Both the position numbers and the translations under genes were made by a program. Shown one piece after another: positions 35,439 to 45,612 of a stretch of DNA of 64,000 nt. The stretch's first letter is position 1, and every line of letters begins with the position of its first letter. The notes beneath the pieces were generated by a model. That model saw only the letters and a program-made list of their open reading frames with translations, made no database searches and was not told where the DNA came from. The DNA is from Candidatus Shapirobacteria bacterium (GTDB lineage Bacteria; Patescibacteriota; Microgenomatia; UBA12405; BS750m-G30): NCBI GenBank assembly GCA_043817235.1, contig JBDRHA010000007.1:137212-201211 (forward strand), given 5' to 3'.

Positions 35439-36244
35439 ATAGCCTTCTTTTCCCTCTATTGGCCTGCCCCTACGATCAGGCTGATCTAAAATATTTTGAG
35501 AAAAAAGAAAAATATTTTCAATGTTTTAAGTGCGGACGTCGGTATGATTTTATTGGCGATGTTCCTAATTTTTTACCGGACGATATTCGTTCTTTGACAA
35601 AAGACAATAAGCCTCCCGAGAAGTTTGGAAAAAAATGGCTTCCTGGTTATCGCGGCTGGAGGCCCAATTTAATGGCTAAATTAGTTTCATTTAGCTTTAG
35701 AAGCGACAATGGAAGAGTAAAAGAAAAACTTCCTAGAAATAGGGAGAAGCTTTCAGTTTTAGACGTTGGCTGCGGTGATGACTTTAATGGAGACGTGAAT
35801 ATTGATGTTTATCTGCCCCAGCCGCTTCCCCCTAATTTTTTACTAGCCTCGGGAGAAAAACTACCTTTTAAAAATGATGTCTTTAACATAGTAAGGAGCG
35901 CCTATGTTGTTGAGCATTGCCTAGAGCCAATAGAATTTATTAAGGAACAAATTAGGGTTAGCCAAAAGATAGTCAAGATTTATACGGATAATTCGGATTG
36001 GCTGGGAATCATTGCTTATCGAATTTTGAATACGGGATCAATTTTTCATGACGAACACTATTATAAGTGGTCTAAAGAATATTTTGAAAATATTTTAAAT
36101 AGGCTTAATTTGAAAGGGAAAGTAACTATTTTTAATTCGAGTCCGGCTTTGTTAATCAGGCTTTTGGCTCTTTTGGGAAAACTACCAAGAGTGGGACCAT
36201 TTTTTTATCGAGATTTGGGCGTAGAGATAAAAAAGAAAACTTGA
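35435..36244 (+). CDS. SAM-dependent methyltransferase with N-terminal Trm112-like zinc ribbon
   Basis: The N-terminus LACPYDQADL...FQCFKCGRRYDF is a C4 zinc ribbon. It is followed by LDVGCGDD...VVEHCLEP. Confidence 0.55.
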   Translation: MNSLLFPLLACPYDQADLKYFEKKEKYFQCFKCGRRYDFIGDVPNFLPDDIRSLTKDNKPPEKFGKKWLPGYRGWRPNLMAKLVSFSFRSDNGRVKEKLPRNREKLSVLDVGCGDDFNGDVNIDVYLPQPLPPNFLLASGEKLPFKNDVFNIVRSAYVVEHCLEPIEFIKEQIRVSQKIVKIYTDNSDWLGIIAYRILNTGSIFHDEHYYKWSKEYFENILNRLNLKGKVTIFNSSPALLIRLLALLGKLPRVGPFFYRDLGVEIKKKT

Positions 36245-36290
36245 CTAAAGATTTAAGTAAAAAGCTGTTTTTTAGTTAAAGACTGGAGAG

Positions 36291-37160
36291 GTGAAAAAGG
36301 AAGATAGTATAAAGAAATACGATTATAATAAAAATCCGCAGGGCGGCGATTCTTTTTTTGATATGATTTTGGACAAAAGAACCAGGAGATTTTTAAAAGC
36401 TATCGATAGCCTAAAGAGACCTAAAATTTTAGAAATAGGAATGGGAGAGGGTCGGTTTTTAAAGAAAATAGCTAAGCTCAAACCAAAAGCAAAACTCTTT
36501 GGGGTTGATATTAGCAAAACGGCAATCAAGCAAGCTAAAAAAGACTCTTTCTTAAAGGGTAGTTTTTGGGTGGCTGACGCTCAAAAATTACCTTTTTCAA
36601 AATCGATGTTTGATGTAGTGGTCATGATGGATGTTTTAGAGCATGCAGTCGGTCCTTTAGAAGTAATTTTAGAGGCTAAAAGAGTTTTAAAAAAACAGGG
36701 AATATTTCATTTTTACGTTCCTTGCGAAAATCAGCCCTTTACAGTTGATTATTTTTTGCTAAAAACTTCTTTTTTTGCCAATGTTACTAAAAAGTATCTT
36801 GGCCATATTAACCATTTTTCCCAGACTGATGTCAAAAAGTTGATTAAGAATAATTTTCAAGAACAAGCCTTTACCTATAGCGATCATCTTTTTTCTCAAG
36901 TTTTACATTTTTTTGCTCTTTATTTGCCCAAAATGCTTTTGGAAAAATTCGGGGGAAATGGGCTTGAAAAAAGAACTCGAGATACCCACAAGATGAACAA
37001 AAGCGCCAAAGATCAGTTGCTTTTTACTTTAAAAATCTTTTGGCAGTTTTTTACTCTTCCTGCATTTATTCTAAGTGAGCTAGAAGCTTTTATTCTGAAA
37101 AGAGCTTCGTTTAATGCCAAAGGCTTGCATTTTACAGGGAAAGGAAAAATAGTATTTTAG
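36291..37160 (+). CDS. class I SAM-dependent methyltransferase
   Basis: Contains ILEIGMGEGRFL...GVDISKTAI...FDVVVMMDVLEHAVGP. The start is GTG, with a GGAGAG ribosome-binding site upstream. Confidence 0.65.
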   Translation: MKKEDSIKKYDYNKNPQGGDSFFDMILDKRTRRFLKAIDSLKRPKILEIGMGEGRFLKKIAKLKPKAKLFGVDISKTAIKQAKKDSFLKGSFWVADAQKLPFSKSMFDVVVMMDVLEHAVGPLEVILEAKRVLKKQGIFHFYVPCENQPFTVDYFLLKTSFFANVTKKYLGHINHFSQTDVKKLIKNNFQEQAFTYSDHLFSQVLHFFALYLPKMLLEKFGGNGLEKRTRDTHKMNKSAKDQLLFTLKIFWQFFTLPAFILSELEAFILKRASFNAKGLHFTGKGKIVF

Positions 37161-37223
37161 CTTATAAGGCGGGATGGAGAAGTCTTTATGTTAAAATACG
37201 AACAATTTAATATTTATTGATCC

Positions 37224-40200
37224 ATGCGTCCAACAAAAGCATTTCCTGTTTTATTTTTTTTAATAATATCCGCTATTTTTTTAAGAGGGGTTATTTTTTC
37301 TTCTGGAATAATTATTGGCGCTGACTGGGGGTTTCCGCTTACCCATCAGCAAATTCAAGTATATTTCAATAACTGTTTATACACCTGGACTCATGTCATG
37401 AATTTATTGGGAGCCCGAAAATCATTTTTTGTGGATATTCCCTTTGGCTTACTGATTAAAGCATTTTCCGAGCTTGGTGTTGAGGGAGATGTTTTCAGCA
37501 AGCTGTTTTTATTTTCAATTTATTTTTTTTCTGGAATATCTGTTTATTCTCTATGCCGTTATTTAGGTTGCCGAAAACATTCTTCAATTTTGGGGGGATT
37601 TATCTTGATCACAATGCCGTTTTTTTTCAATTATTCAATAATGGGCTGGACTTTTGTTCTTTTTTCAGTTGGAGTTATTTTGCCCTGGGCTGTAATTTCA
37701 TTTATAAAATCGGTTGAAGAAAATAATTTGCGCTTTTCTTTAGCAACTGGCTTATTATACTCGCTGGCTGCAATCCAGACCCAGTCAATTATCTGGTATC
37801 CTCTTGTTTTTTTGGCTTTGGCCGTTTATTTAATTAAAGATAAAAAAACGTTTTTTAAATACTTACGCTCCTTTTTGTTTATCTTGTTAACTTTCTTACT
37901 AATTCATGCTGCTTGGTGGCCGTCTTTGTTTTTTTATCGCGATACTAATATTTTAGGCTCAAAACTGGTCAATGAAACTATGAGCTTGGGCACCTGGGCC
38001 AGATTGAGCTTCAGCAACATTATTCGCGGCTGGGGAAGTATTTTTAATTACCAATACGAAACAGCTTATCCATACTCTTTGCTATTTGCTTCTTTTTTAA
38101 CCCCTTTGACTGTCGTATTTTCTCTGCTTTTTCTGAAGAAGAAAAGAAAAACAGTTATTCCGTTTTTTTTGATATTTTTGGTTCCTTTATTTTTGTTTTG
38201 TCTGGGCCCTAAAGTTATTGCTAAAATACCCTTTTCTAATTTTATTCGAGATATAGCCAGGTTTATTTCTATTTCTTCTTTCGCTGCCACTATATTAATG
38301 ACTATTTTTTTTGATTTTCTATTAAGATCAAAAAGTAAAATATTAAATTATTCAGCTGTCTTTTTTATTTTTCTGGTGTTGTTTAATTCATTCCCTTTTT
38401 TCTCCGGAAAATTATACGGAGAGCAAAAGAGCACCCATGACGTTCGGTTAAGGACTTATGATTTTCCCGATGATTACCGGATAGTCGAAGATTATTTAGC
38501 TAATTTATCAACTAATTCTCGGGCTTTTTATCTGCCCGGTGACGAAGTTGTTTATTCGAGTAGTAATTTATATTTTTCTGGTAATTATCACGGAATGAGA
38601 GATCTTTTTAAAATCTACTCTCCTCTAGCTGGGGGAATTAACCTCTACAATAGCGGGGCAGGGAAGCCCCAGAATATTGACCTTCTTGTTAATCAATTAA
38701 TGGAAAAGAGGCAGTGGGATGATCTTGTTCGCCTTTTGCGATTTTTGGGAGTAAGTCAAATTGTAGTTAGGAAAGATTTAGACTATTCTTATATCGTCAA
38801 TTATCAGTTTATTAAGAATTTTCTGGAAAAAGAAAAAGAAATAAAAAAACGCGACGATTTGGATTTTGAGAATATTGTGGTTTTTGAAAATGAAAGTTGT
38901 TTTCCTCATTTTTACGTTCCTCAGAAACTGGTACTTTCTTCAGCAGGAATAGGCGTTTTGCCAGAATTATTGGATTTGTATGAAAATAATCCTGCGCTGG
39001 GAATTTATTTCCAGACCTTCGTGTCGGAGGCGACTCCCAAAAAAGCGCCGCTGGCTTTGAATAAATTTAATGAGTTTTTGGTTGAAGTTGAGCCAGAGAA
39101 TTTAAAAGAGGCGATTATTGGCTTGGGTGCTCCAGATGAAGAGGTGATTTATCCTTATGTTAAGCATCGACCGGGGGGTGCTTTCTACAGCCTAGTTTTC
39201 CTCAAGGAAAAAGGAGATGAGCTTTGGGCAAGAAAAAATCTTGAAAAGTTAGTAGATAAAAAACTTTTTTATGCCAATAAAAGAATTAACGAGACTCTTC
39301 AGTTTGGAGCTGACAGATCCGAAGCATATCAAAATAAGCTTGGCGAGATTATTAACTTAATAAAAGGAGTTAAAAACACTGAAACCAGAATTTTATTGGC
39401 GGTAAAAACTAAAAACTACTTATTGGATAACGAGAAAAGAATTAGCAAGCTATCTGAAAAGGCGAAGGGAAATTTTCCCTTCGCCTTTGGAGTAATAAAA
39501 AAACAATTGGAGGAGATTTATCAGTGGTCAGAGGCAGACTTTGTTAATCTGGAATATTCTTTTGAAGTTCCCGAACAAGGAAATTATGAATTATACTTGG
39601 GCGGACTAGCGCCGGAATTATTGCTCAGTTTGACGATTGATAGCCAGAATTATGAGCAGGAGGAAAATTGGGAAGACGAAAGCAAGTTAAGCAAGGTAAG
39701 GGATTTGGAGCTTAGGGCGGGGGAGCATCAAGGGGCAATTCAGTTATTTTCATTAGAAAATTTAGCTAACCAAGAATGGAAGGTTTTTAAAGAGCTAAGC
39801 CTGGAAGAGGGCGACATTCAATTCTCTCCCCAAGGGTTTTACCCCAATGCTGACAACATTATTTATCAAAATATCAGAAACTGGGAGCCCAATAGCCTTT
39901 ATTATTTGTCTTTTGATTACGAGCTTAGCGGTGGCGTTTTGGGTTTAGGAGTTTTAGAGCAAAATACTACTTATTTTCAGGGGAAAGACCGCCTAGTTAC
40001 GGAAAAAATATTAGAAAAAAAACTTGAGATTTCAGTTGCGGATGAACTATCCGAAAGTAATTTATCCGAAAAGAGCTGGGATAATTACCAAACTATAATT
40101 CGTTCTAGCCCCAATGCTATAAAAGCTGATATTTATTTATATGCAATTGCCAAACCTAATCAGTTTGCTAAATTAAATTTTAAGAATTTTAAGATTAATA

Positions 40201-40760
40201 AAGTTCGCAATCCTAAGGTTATTTTGAAAGCAGATCTTGGGAATGAGGTTTTCGACGGAAACAGCCCTGTAATTACTTTTACTAAAATTAATCCTGCTAA
40301 GTATTTAGTTGAAGTAAAGAATGCCCAGGGACCGTACGAGCTAATTTTTAATGAAACTTTTAATTTGGGCTGGAGAGCTTATATTTCCGAAGCTAATAGC
40401 AATAGTAGTTTGGACGAAGATGATTTGCTTTCAGCTAATTATTTTGGAGAAAAAGTCAAGGAAAAAATTCAGCAAAATCTATTTCTGGGCGGCAATATAT
40501 TTGAAACTTGGGGTAAAAAATCAATTCCCAGTGATCGTCACTTCTTAGTTAATGGCTATGCTAATGCTTGGCATATTACTCCTGAGGACAGTAATGATCG
40601 GGGAGACTACGAAATCATAATTGAATTTTTGCCTCAAAAGTTATTTTACTTAGGTTTTTTTGTTTCTTTGAATACTTTAGTTTTTAGCCTAGGGTGGTTT
40701 TTGATAGATTTTCGGAAAAAACGCCCTCGTTTTATGGGAAAAAGCAAAAGAGATTTTTAG
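37224..40760 (+). CDS. very large GT-C-like membrane protein (YfhO/AftD-like topology)
   Basis: 1178 aa. About 13 N-terminal TM helices are followed by roughly 750 aa of soluble domain, then a single C-terminal TM helix (FYLGFFVSLNTLVFSLGWFLI) and a short basic tail. Confidence 0.55.
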   Translation: MRPTKAFPVLFFLIISAIFLRGVIFSSGIIIGADWGFPLTHQQIQVYFNNCLYTWTHVMNLLGARKSFFVDIPFGLLIKAFSELGVEGDVFSKLFLFSIYFFSGISVYSLCRYLGCRKHSSILGGFILITMPFFFNYSIMGWTFVLFSVGVILPWAVISFIKSVEENNLRFSLATGLLYSLAAIQTQSIIWYPLVFLALAVYLIKDKKTFFKYLRSFLFILLTFLLIHAAWWPSLFFYRDTNILGSKLVNETMSLGTWARLSFSNIIRGWGSIFNYQYETAYPYSLLFASFLTPLTVVFSLLFLKKKRKTVIPFFLIFLVPLFLFCLGPKVIAKIPFSNFIRDIARFISISSFAATILMTIFFDFLLRSKSKILNYSAVFFIFLVLFNSFPFFSGKLYGEQKSTHDVRLRTYDFPDDYRIVEDYLANLSTNSRAFYLPGDEVVYSSSNLYFSGNYHGMRDLFKIYSPLAGGINLYNSGAGKPQNIDLLVNQLMEKRQWDDLVRLLRFLGVSQIVVRKDLDYSYIVNYQFIKNFLEKEKEIKKRDDLDFENIVVFENESCFPHFYVPQKLVLSSAGIGVLPELLDLYENNPALGIYFQTFVSEATPKKAPLALNKFNEFLVEVEPENLKEAIIGLGAPDEEVIYPYVKHRPGGAFYSLVFLKEKGDELWARKNLEKLVDKKLFYANKRINETLQFGADRSEAYQNKLGEIINLIKGVKNTETRILLAVKTKNYLLDNEKRISKLSEKAKGNFPFAFGVIKKQLEEIYQWSEADFVNLEYSFEVPEQGNYELYLGGLAPELLLSLTIDSQNYEQEENWEDESKLSKVRDLELRAGEHQGAIQLFSLENLANQEWKVFKELSLEEGDIQFSPQGFYPNADNIIYQNIRNWEPNSLYYLSFDYELSGGVLGLGVLEQNTTYFQGKDRLVTEKILEKKLEISVADELSESNLSEKSWDNYQTIIRSSPNAIKADIYLYAIAKPNQFAKLNFKNFKINKVRNPKVILKADLGNEVFDGNSPVITFTKINPAKYLVEVKNAQGPYELIFNETFNLGWRAYISEANSNSSLDEDDLLSANYFGEKVKEKIQQNLFLGGNIFETWGKKSIPSDRHFLVNGYANAWHITPEDSNDRGDYEIIIEFLPQKLFYLGFFVSLNTLVFSLGWFLIDFRKKRPRFMGKSKRDF

Positions 40761-42047
40761 ATGGTTGACAAAATCGTTAAAAATAAGCTCTGCGCCAATT
40801 GCGGGACTTGTATTTCTGCCTGTCCAATTAGCGCTATTTCCTATAAGCAGGAAAAAAATAATTTCGAAATCAGAGTAAATAAAAGAAAATGTTCAAAATG
40901 CGGGCTATGTCTTCAAGTTTGTCCGGGGCTGGGAGTGGATTTTAAAAACTTAAATCAAGAAAATTTTTCTAAAAAAAGCCAGGTAAAATATGATCCCAAT
41001 TTGGGTTATTTTCGAAACTGCTATCTAGGCTATTCTAGAAATAAAAAATTGCGTTCTCAGTGTGCTTCCGGAGGAGTGGCCACATCTATTTTGCTTTATC
41101 TTTTAAAAAATAAAATTGTTGATGGGGCTTTAGTGACTGGCATAGATTCCCGGAAGCCTCTGATCCCTAAGCCTTTTATTGCCTATCGTCAAAAAGAGGT
41201 TATTGGGGCTAGGGGGTCAAAATACGCGCCAGTTGTTTTAAACCAATATCTTAAAAAAATAATTAATTCCCAAAAAGAAAAATTTGCAGTAGTTGGTTTG
41301 CCTTGCCATATTGAAGGGATCAGAAAGCTTCAAAAGACAAATCCTATTTTAAGAAAAAAAATTAAGTTTTGTTTAGGTCTTATGTGTGGACAGGGGCTTA
41401 ATTTTTACGCAACCAGTTTTATTTTAAAACAATTAAGACTAAGATCTGAGGAAATAAGAGAGTTTCAATACCGAGGGGAAGGGTGGCCGGGCGATATAAC
41501 CGCTATTAAAAAAAATGGCCAGGTGAAAAAAGTTTCTTTTTTCCGGGTCTTTAAATTATTTTCCATAGGGTTTTTTAATTGGGAAAGATGCTTTTTGTGT
41601 CCAGATTTAACTAATGAACTGGCCGACATTTCTTTAGGTGATGCCTGGATACCAAGACTGATGAAAAGTAAAAAAGGAATAAACGTCATTATCAGCCGGA
41701 CCCAAGCGGGGCAGGACCTGGTTGACAGACTAAAGGAAGATATTTTTTATAAACCGGTAAGCCCAAAAGCAATTGTGAAATCACAAAAGATAAAATTATT
41801 CTGCAAAAAGGATTGTCATGTTTTGCTCGCTAAAGTAGCTAGAATATTAAAACTAGGTGTTCCGGTATACAATAAAAGATCGGAAAGCAGGATTAGGCCA
41901 TTATCAATGATTGCCGTTCTTTCTTATCTGAATTCTTTTTTCTCTAATAAATTCCCAAAAATGTTTTTAGGAATACCGTTATTCCTCTGGAATTTATTTG
42001 CTACAATAAATAAAAAAATGCTGAATGCTTATAAAAAGAAATTTTAA
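40761..42047 (+). CDS. coenzyme F420 hydrogenase/dehydrogenase beta-subunit-like protein with 2x[4Fe-4S] ferredoxin domain
   Basis: The N-terminus has CANCGTCISACP and CSKCGLCLQVCPG (two CX2CX2CX3CP motifs) followed by a FrhB-like domain. This protein is the usual partner of polysaccharide pyruvyl transferases. Confidence 0.7.
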   Translation: MVDKIVKNKLCANCGTCISACPISAISYKQEKNNFEIRVNKRKCSKCGLCLQVCPGLGVDFKNLNQENFSKKSQVKYDPNLGYFRNCYLGYSRNKKLRSQCASGGVATSILLYLLKNKIVDGALVTGIDSRKPLIPKPFIAYRQKEVIGARGSKYAPVVLNQYLKKIINSQKEKFAVVGLPCHIEGIRKLQKTNPILRKKIKFCLGLMCGQGLNFYATSFILKQLRLRSEEIREFQYRGEGWPGDITAIKKNGQVKKVSFFRVFKLFSIGFFNWERCFLCPDLTNELADISLGDAWIPRLMKSKKGINVIISRTQAGQDLVDRLKEDIFYKPVSPKAIVKSQKIKLFCKKDCHVLLAKVARILKLGVPVYNKRSESRIRPLSMIAVLSYLNSFFSNKFPKMFLGIPLFLWNLFATINKKMLNAYKKKF

Positions 42048-42067
42048 CAGCTGAAAAACATTGGCAA

Positions 42068-43309
42068 ATGAAAGCAATTACTATTTCTTCTTTTACCGGG
42101 TTTTGTAGTCGAGGATCAGAAGCTCTGTTAAGAGTCAGAACAGAGTCGATCAGGAAATTGGTTCCTCAAGTTAAATTCTATGTTTTAACTGTTTATACAG
42201 AGACTTGTAGGCCGATAAAAGGGGTTGAGTATATTAAAACTTTTGGGGCCAGGAGAGAAAAGTTTCGTTCGCTAAAATATTTTATTGCCACCCTTGTTAA
42301 AGCAATTTCTTGGACATTTAGCGCCTGGACTTATCGCTTTTTTAATTACTGTCCCAACAAAAGCGTTAAGAAACTTTCCTCTTCGGAAATTTTTATTTCT
42401 TCGGACGGAGATGTTCTGGGCGAAGATTATGGCTTCTTTCCCCTTTTATGGAGAATGTATTTTTTATCTTTAGGGATTGTGATGAAAAAACCAGTGTTTA
42501 TTTATGCAGCAGGGCCAGGTCCTTTTAAAAGTAGGCTGGGGAAAGCTATTTCTAGATTTTTATTTAAAAGGTGTATTTACATTTCAGTTCGAGAAAAAGG
42601 ATCTTTAGATCATTTAGCTGGCTTAGGAATAGATAAAAAGAAAATAGATTTAGTGGCTGATTCCGCTTTCTTGCTAAAACCTGCTGCTAAAAATTTGAAC
42701 TATCGAAGGAAGGGAAAAAAATTAATCGGGGTAGCTGTAAGTGAGCTAGTTTCTGCTTATGGCTTTCCGCCCAAGGAGGGAAAAAATCCTTATGTTTCTT
42801 TCGTTGATTTCATGGCTGGGCTAATAGACTGGATAATTGAAAATTTAAATGCCGATATCATTATGGTAGCTCATGCTATTCAAGCGAAAAGAGACGATTA
42901 TCAGACTGCCCAGGATATTTTTAAGAGAATAAAAAACAAAAATAAGGTCAAGATTTTAAGTAAAAGCTTTGGGGCTGCTGATTATAAAAAGGCAATTTCT
43001 CATTGCGACTTAATGATTGCTTCTCGGCTGCATGCGGCCATTGCTGCTTTATCAAGCTTTGTGCCGGCAATTGGGATTGCTTATTCTCATAAAATGGATG
43101 GTATTTATCGTAGCTTAGGGGTGGGTGATTTAGTGATTGATATAAAGACCTGCGATGGGAGAATTAAAACTAAGATTAAAAAAGCTTTGGCAGATTCTAA
43201 CCTTATTAAAAGGAAACTAAGGGCCAAAATGCCTTTAGTTAAAAAATTAGCAGAAAAACCGGCTTTCGAGCTTGCCAGGATATTAAAGGAGAGAACAAAA
43301 GGCTCCTAA
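42068..43309 (+). CDS. polysaccharide pyruvyl transferase (CsaB/WcaK family)
   Basis: Contains ISSDGDVLGEDYGF...ASRLHAAIAALSSFVPAIGIAYSHKMDGI, the PS_pyruv_trans signature. Confidence 0.75.
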   Translation: MKAITISSFTGFCSRGSEALLRVRTESIRKLVPQVKFYVLTVYTETCRPIKGVEYIKTFGARREKFRSLKYFIATLVKAISWTFSAWTYRFFNYCPNKSVKKLSSSEIFISSDGDVLGEDYGFFPLLWRMYFLSLGIVMKKPVFIYAAGPGPFKSRLGKAISRFLFKRCIYISVREKGSLDHLAGLGIDKKKIDLVADSAFLLKPAAKNLNYRRKGKKLIGVAVSELVSAYGFPPKEGKNPYVSFVDFMAGLIDWIIENLNADIIMVAHAIQAKRDDYQTAQDIFKRIKNKNKVKILSKSFGAADYKKAISHCDLMIASRLHAAIAALSSFVPAIGIAYSHKMDGIYRSLGVGDLVIDIKTCDGRIKTKIKKALADSNLIKRKLRAKMPLVKKLAEKPAFELARILKERTKGS

Positions 43310-43361
43310 TAATTTAAAAAAAATTAGGAAGAAGGCGGAAAGATAAGAATCAGGATTAAAG

Positions 43362-45605
43362 ATGAATTCTAAAAAATTGTTTACTTTTCTTGTTGCCACG
43401 ATAACTCTACTTGTATCGGGAGTGATTTTCAAGGATGTTTTTGCCAATTATTTTTTAACCGAATACCAAGAGATTGAAATTAAGGAGTTTCTTGAGGAGA
43501 ACGAAAATGATCCTGGATGGTCGAAAACCTTTGCCTCTTTAGCCGAGAGCCAGGGAATGACTATTGGTCAAGTATCGGCCAGAAATCCAGGAATAATCCG
43601 ATTTTTATTTAAAGAGCCAATTTCCCTTGACGGTTTTTCCTTGTTTTTTTACGGTAACCTTCATTCGCATAGCTCGGCTTTGGCAGAAGAGTTCTGGGTT
43701 TATTGTTTAAATCAGGAAGGTGAATGGATTTTGCTTGATGAAGTTAAAAACAATAGCCTGCCATTTTATCGATTAATTTTGCCGAACGAAGTAAAAGCCA
43801 AGGCTCTTGAGATTATTATTACCAAACCTGCTTTTTGGGAGGATTCTTTTAGCGGTCCAATTTGGTATAAAGATTTTGAGTTTTTAAAAAAAGAGCCCAT
43901 TAATGTTATTCAGGGGATTAAGCACTTTTTTAATGAAAATAAAAATAGCTTACTGTCTTATTGGGTTTATTATTTTCTGTTTTTAGCTCTTTTATTTTTG
44001 CCTGGTTGGGTAATTGCCTCTTTTATCGAAAAAAAGAAAAAATTGATTTTTGATCCTGATTTAAAATTTATTTTCAGTCCTGTTTTCTCCATTGTTTTTC
44101 TGTTTTTAAGCACGATTCTTTATCTTTTAAGCGGAGCTAAAATTATTCTCGGTTCTTATTTACTTGTTTTGCTAATTAGCTTAATTACTTTTTTGAAAAT
44201 GAGAATGTATCAAAACCCTTTTAAGCCAAAGCAAGCCTTAATTTTTATACTCTTAGCCCTTTTTGTTCTTTTTCTGACCATTGCTCATCGAGATTATTTT
44301 TATAACCTTCAATATATTGGCAAGTATTTAGACAACCTAGAACCAGTGCCTTTAGATGGATACTTCGGCTATTTTGCTGACAATCTTTTTCCCTGGAGAC
44401 TGGGGAGAATTTATTTACACCGAATGCCCTTGTTTAGTCCTGAAGCCCAACTGTTTTTGGAAAAAACAAATATTTTTGATCGTACTCCACTGCTGCCGAT
44501 GATCATTGCTGGCATTTTGGGTGTTTTTGGAGAGGGTCATTTTGTTTATCAGCGGTTTATCGAAGCTTTAGGTGTTTTAATTTACCCTGTTTTTTATGTC
44601 TTGATAAAAAAATATTTTTCCCAAAGAATTGCCTTAATCACTCTTTTTCTGATGTTAATTAATGTTCCTCTTTCTTTTACTCCTTTTAACGCCGAATATT
44701 TTTACAAATACTTTGCTCTTTACCCGATCTTATTGGCCCTTATTCTATTAATTACTAACAAGGATTCAAATAAGATTTTTATTGGGCTTTTGGCTGGGTT
44801 TTCTTTTCTGATCCACCCTTTTACCTTATTTTTTAGCGCCACTCTCTTACTTGTTTATTTAGTCAGATACAAAAATATTTTTAAGTTTATTAGAAGCTGT
44901 TTTCCGATAATGGCTATTCTCCTTTTCTTGTTTATCCTCTGGTCTTTCGGGCCTAAAATATTCGGCATCGAGAAAACAGGCGGAGGTTTTCAAAATTTCT
45001 ATTTTGACCTTTATCAAAGAAGGTTTTTAGAATTAAAGCAGAATTTTGGGTTAAATAAATTAATTGGCTTTGTCTATATTTTTATTCCTAACGTTTTGCG
45101 GAAAGGAGTGAATGCGGAAACAATTCCGGTTTACTCCAAAGAGTTTAGCTCCGAGTTTTTTAAGTATTCTCTGCTTTCTAACCTTACCCCCTTGTTTTTT
45201 ATTCTTTTTCTACTTTTTGCGGTTAAAAACTTTAGAAGGAATTTAGAGCTTATTATTTTTGCAATATCGCCTTTGCTACTATATTGGCTTTTTTATGTTA
45301 ATGGCCGCAATCAGGCTTTTAATTACGGTGCCTTTTATTTTCATCTTTATCCATTTTCCTTGCCCTTTTTTCTTTCTGGAGCTGCAAGATGGCTTTCTGG
45401 CCGGAAAAAAATAGTCAAAGCTATCTTTTTAGGTAGTTATGTTATTTTTATGATTTTTAATCTATATTACATTTCTGGTAATTTTATTGATATGAGCTGC
45501 GCCTCTTGGATCGTAAAGGGTCTTTTAGGGATGATTCTGATCAGCTATCTTTTTCTTTCCCTATTATTGTTTAATGTGGCTGTTTTTAATCTAGAAAAAA
45601 ACTAA
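43362..45605 (+). CDS. polytopic membrane protein with N-terminal extracytoplasmic domain (putative GT-C/polymerase-like)
   Basis: A signal anchor is followed by about 170 aa of soluble domain and then at least 14 TM helices. Confidence 0.45.
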   Translation: MNSKKLFTFLVATITLLVSGVIFKDVFANYFLTEYQEIEIKEFLEENENDPGWSKTFASLAESQGMTIGQVSARNPGIIRFLFKEPISLDGFSLFFYGNLHSHSSALAEEFWVYCLNQEGEWILLDEVKNNSLPFYRLILPNEVKAKALEIIITKPAFWEDSFSGPIWYKDFEFLKKEPINVIQGIKHFFNENKNSLLSYWVYYFLFLALLFLPGWVIASFIEKKKKLIFDPDLKFIFSPVFSIVFLFLSTILYLLSGAKIILGSYLLVLLISLITFLKMRMYQNPFKPKQALIFILLALFVLFLTIAHRDYFYNLQYIGKYLDNLEPVPLDGYFGYFADNLFPWRLGRIYLHRMPLFSPEAQLFLEKTNIFDRTPLLPMIIAGILGVFGEGHFVYQRFIEALGVLIYPVFYVLIKKYFSQRIALITLFLMLINVPLSFTPFNAEYFYKYFALYPILLALILLITNKDSNKIFIGLLAGFSFLIHPFTLFFSATLLLVYLVRYKNIFKFIRSCFPIMAILLFLFILWSFGPKIFGIEKTGGGFQNFYFDLYQRRFLELKQNFGLNKLIGFVYIFIPNVLRKGVNAETIPVYSKEFSSEFFKYSLLSNLTPLFFILFLLFAVKNFRRNLELIIFAISPLLLYWLFYVNGRNQAFNYGAFYFHLYPFSLPFFLSGAARWLSGRKKIVKAIFLGSYVIFMIFNLYYISGNFIDMSCASWIVKGLLGMILISYLFLSLLLFNVAVFNLEKN

Positions 45606-45612
45606 TCTGCTA

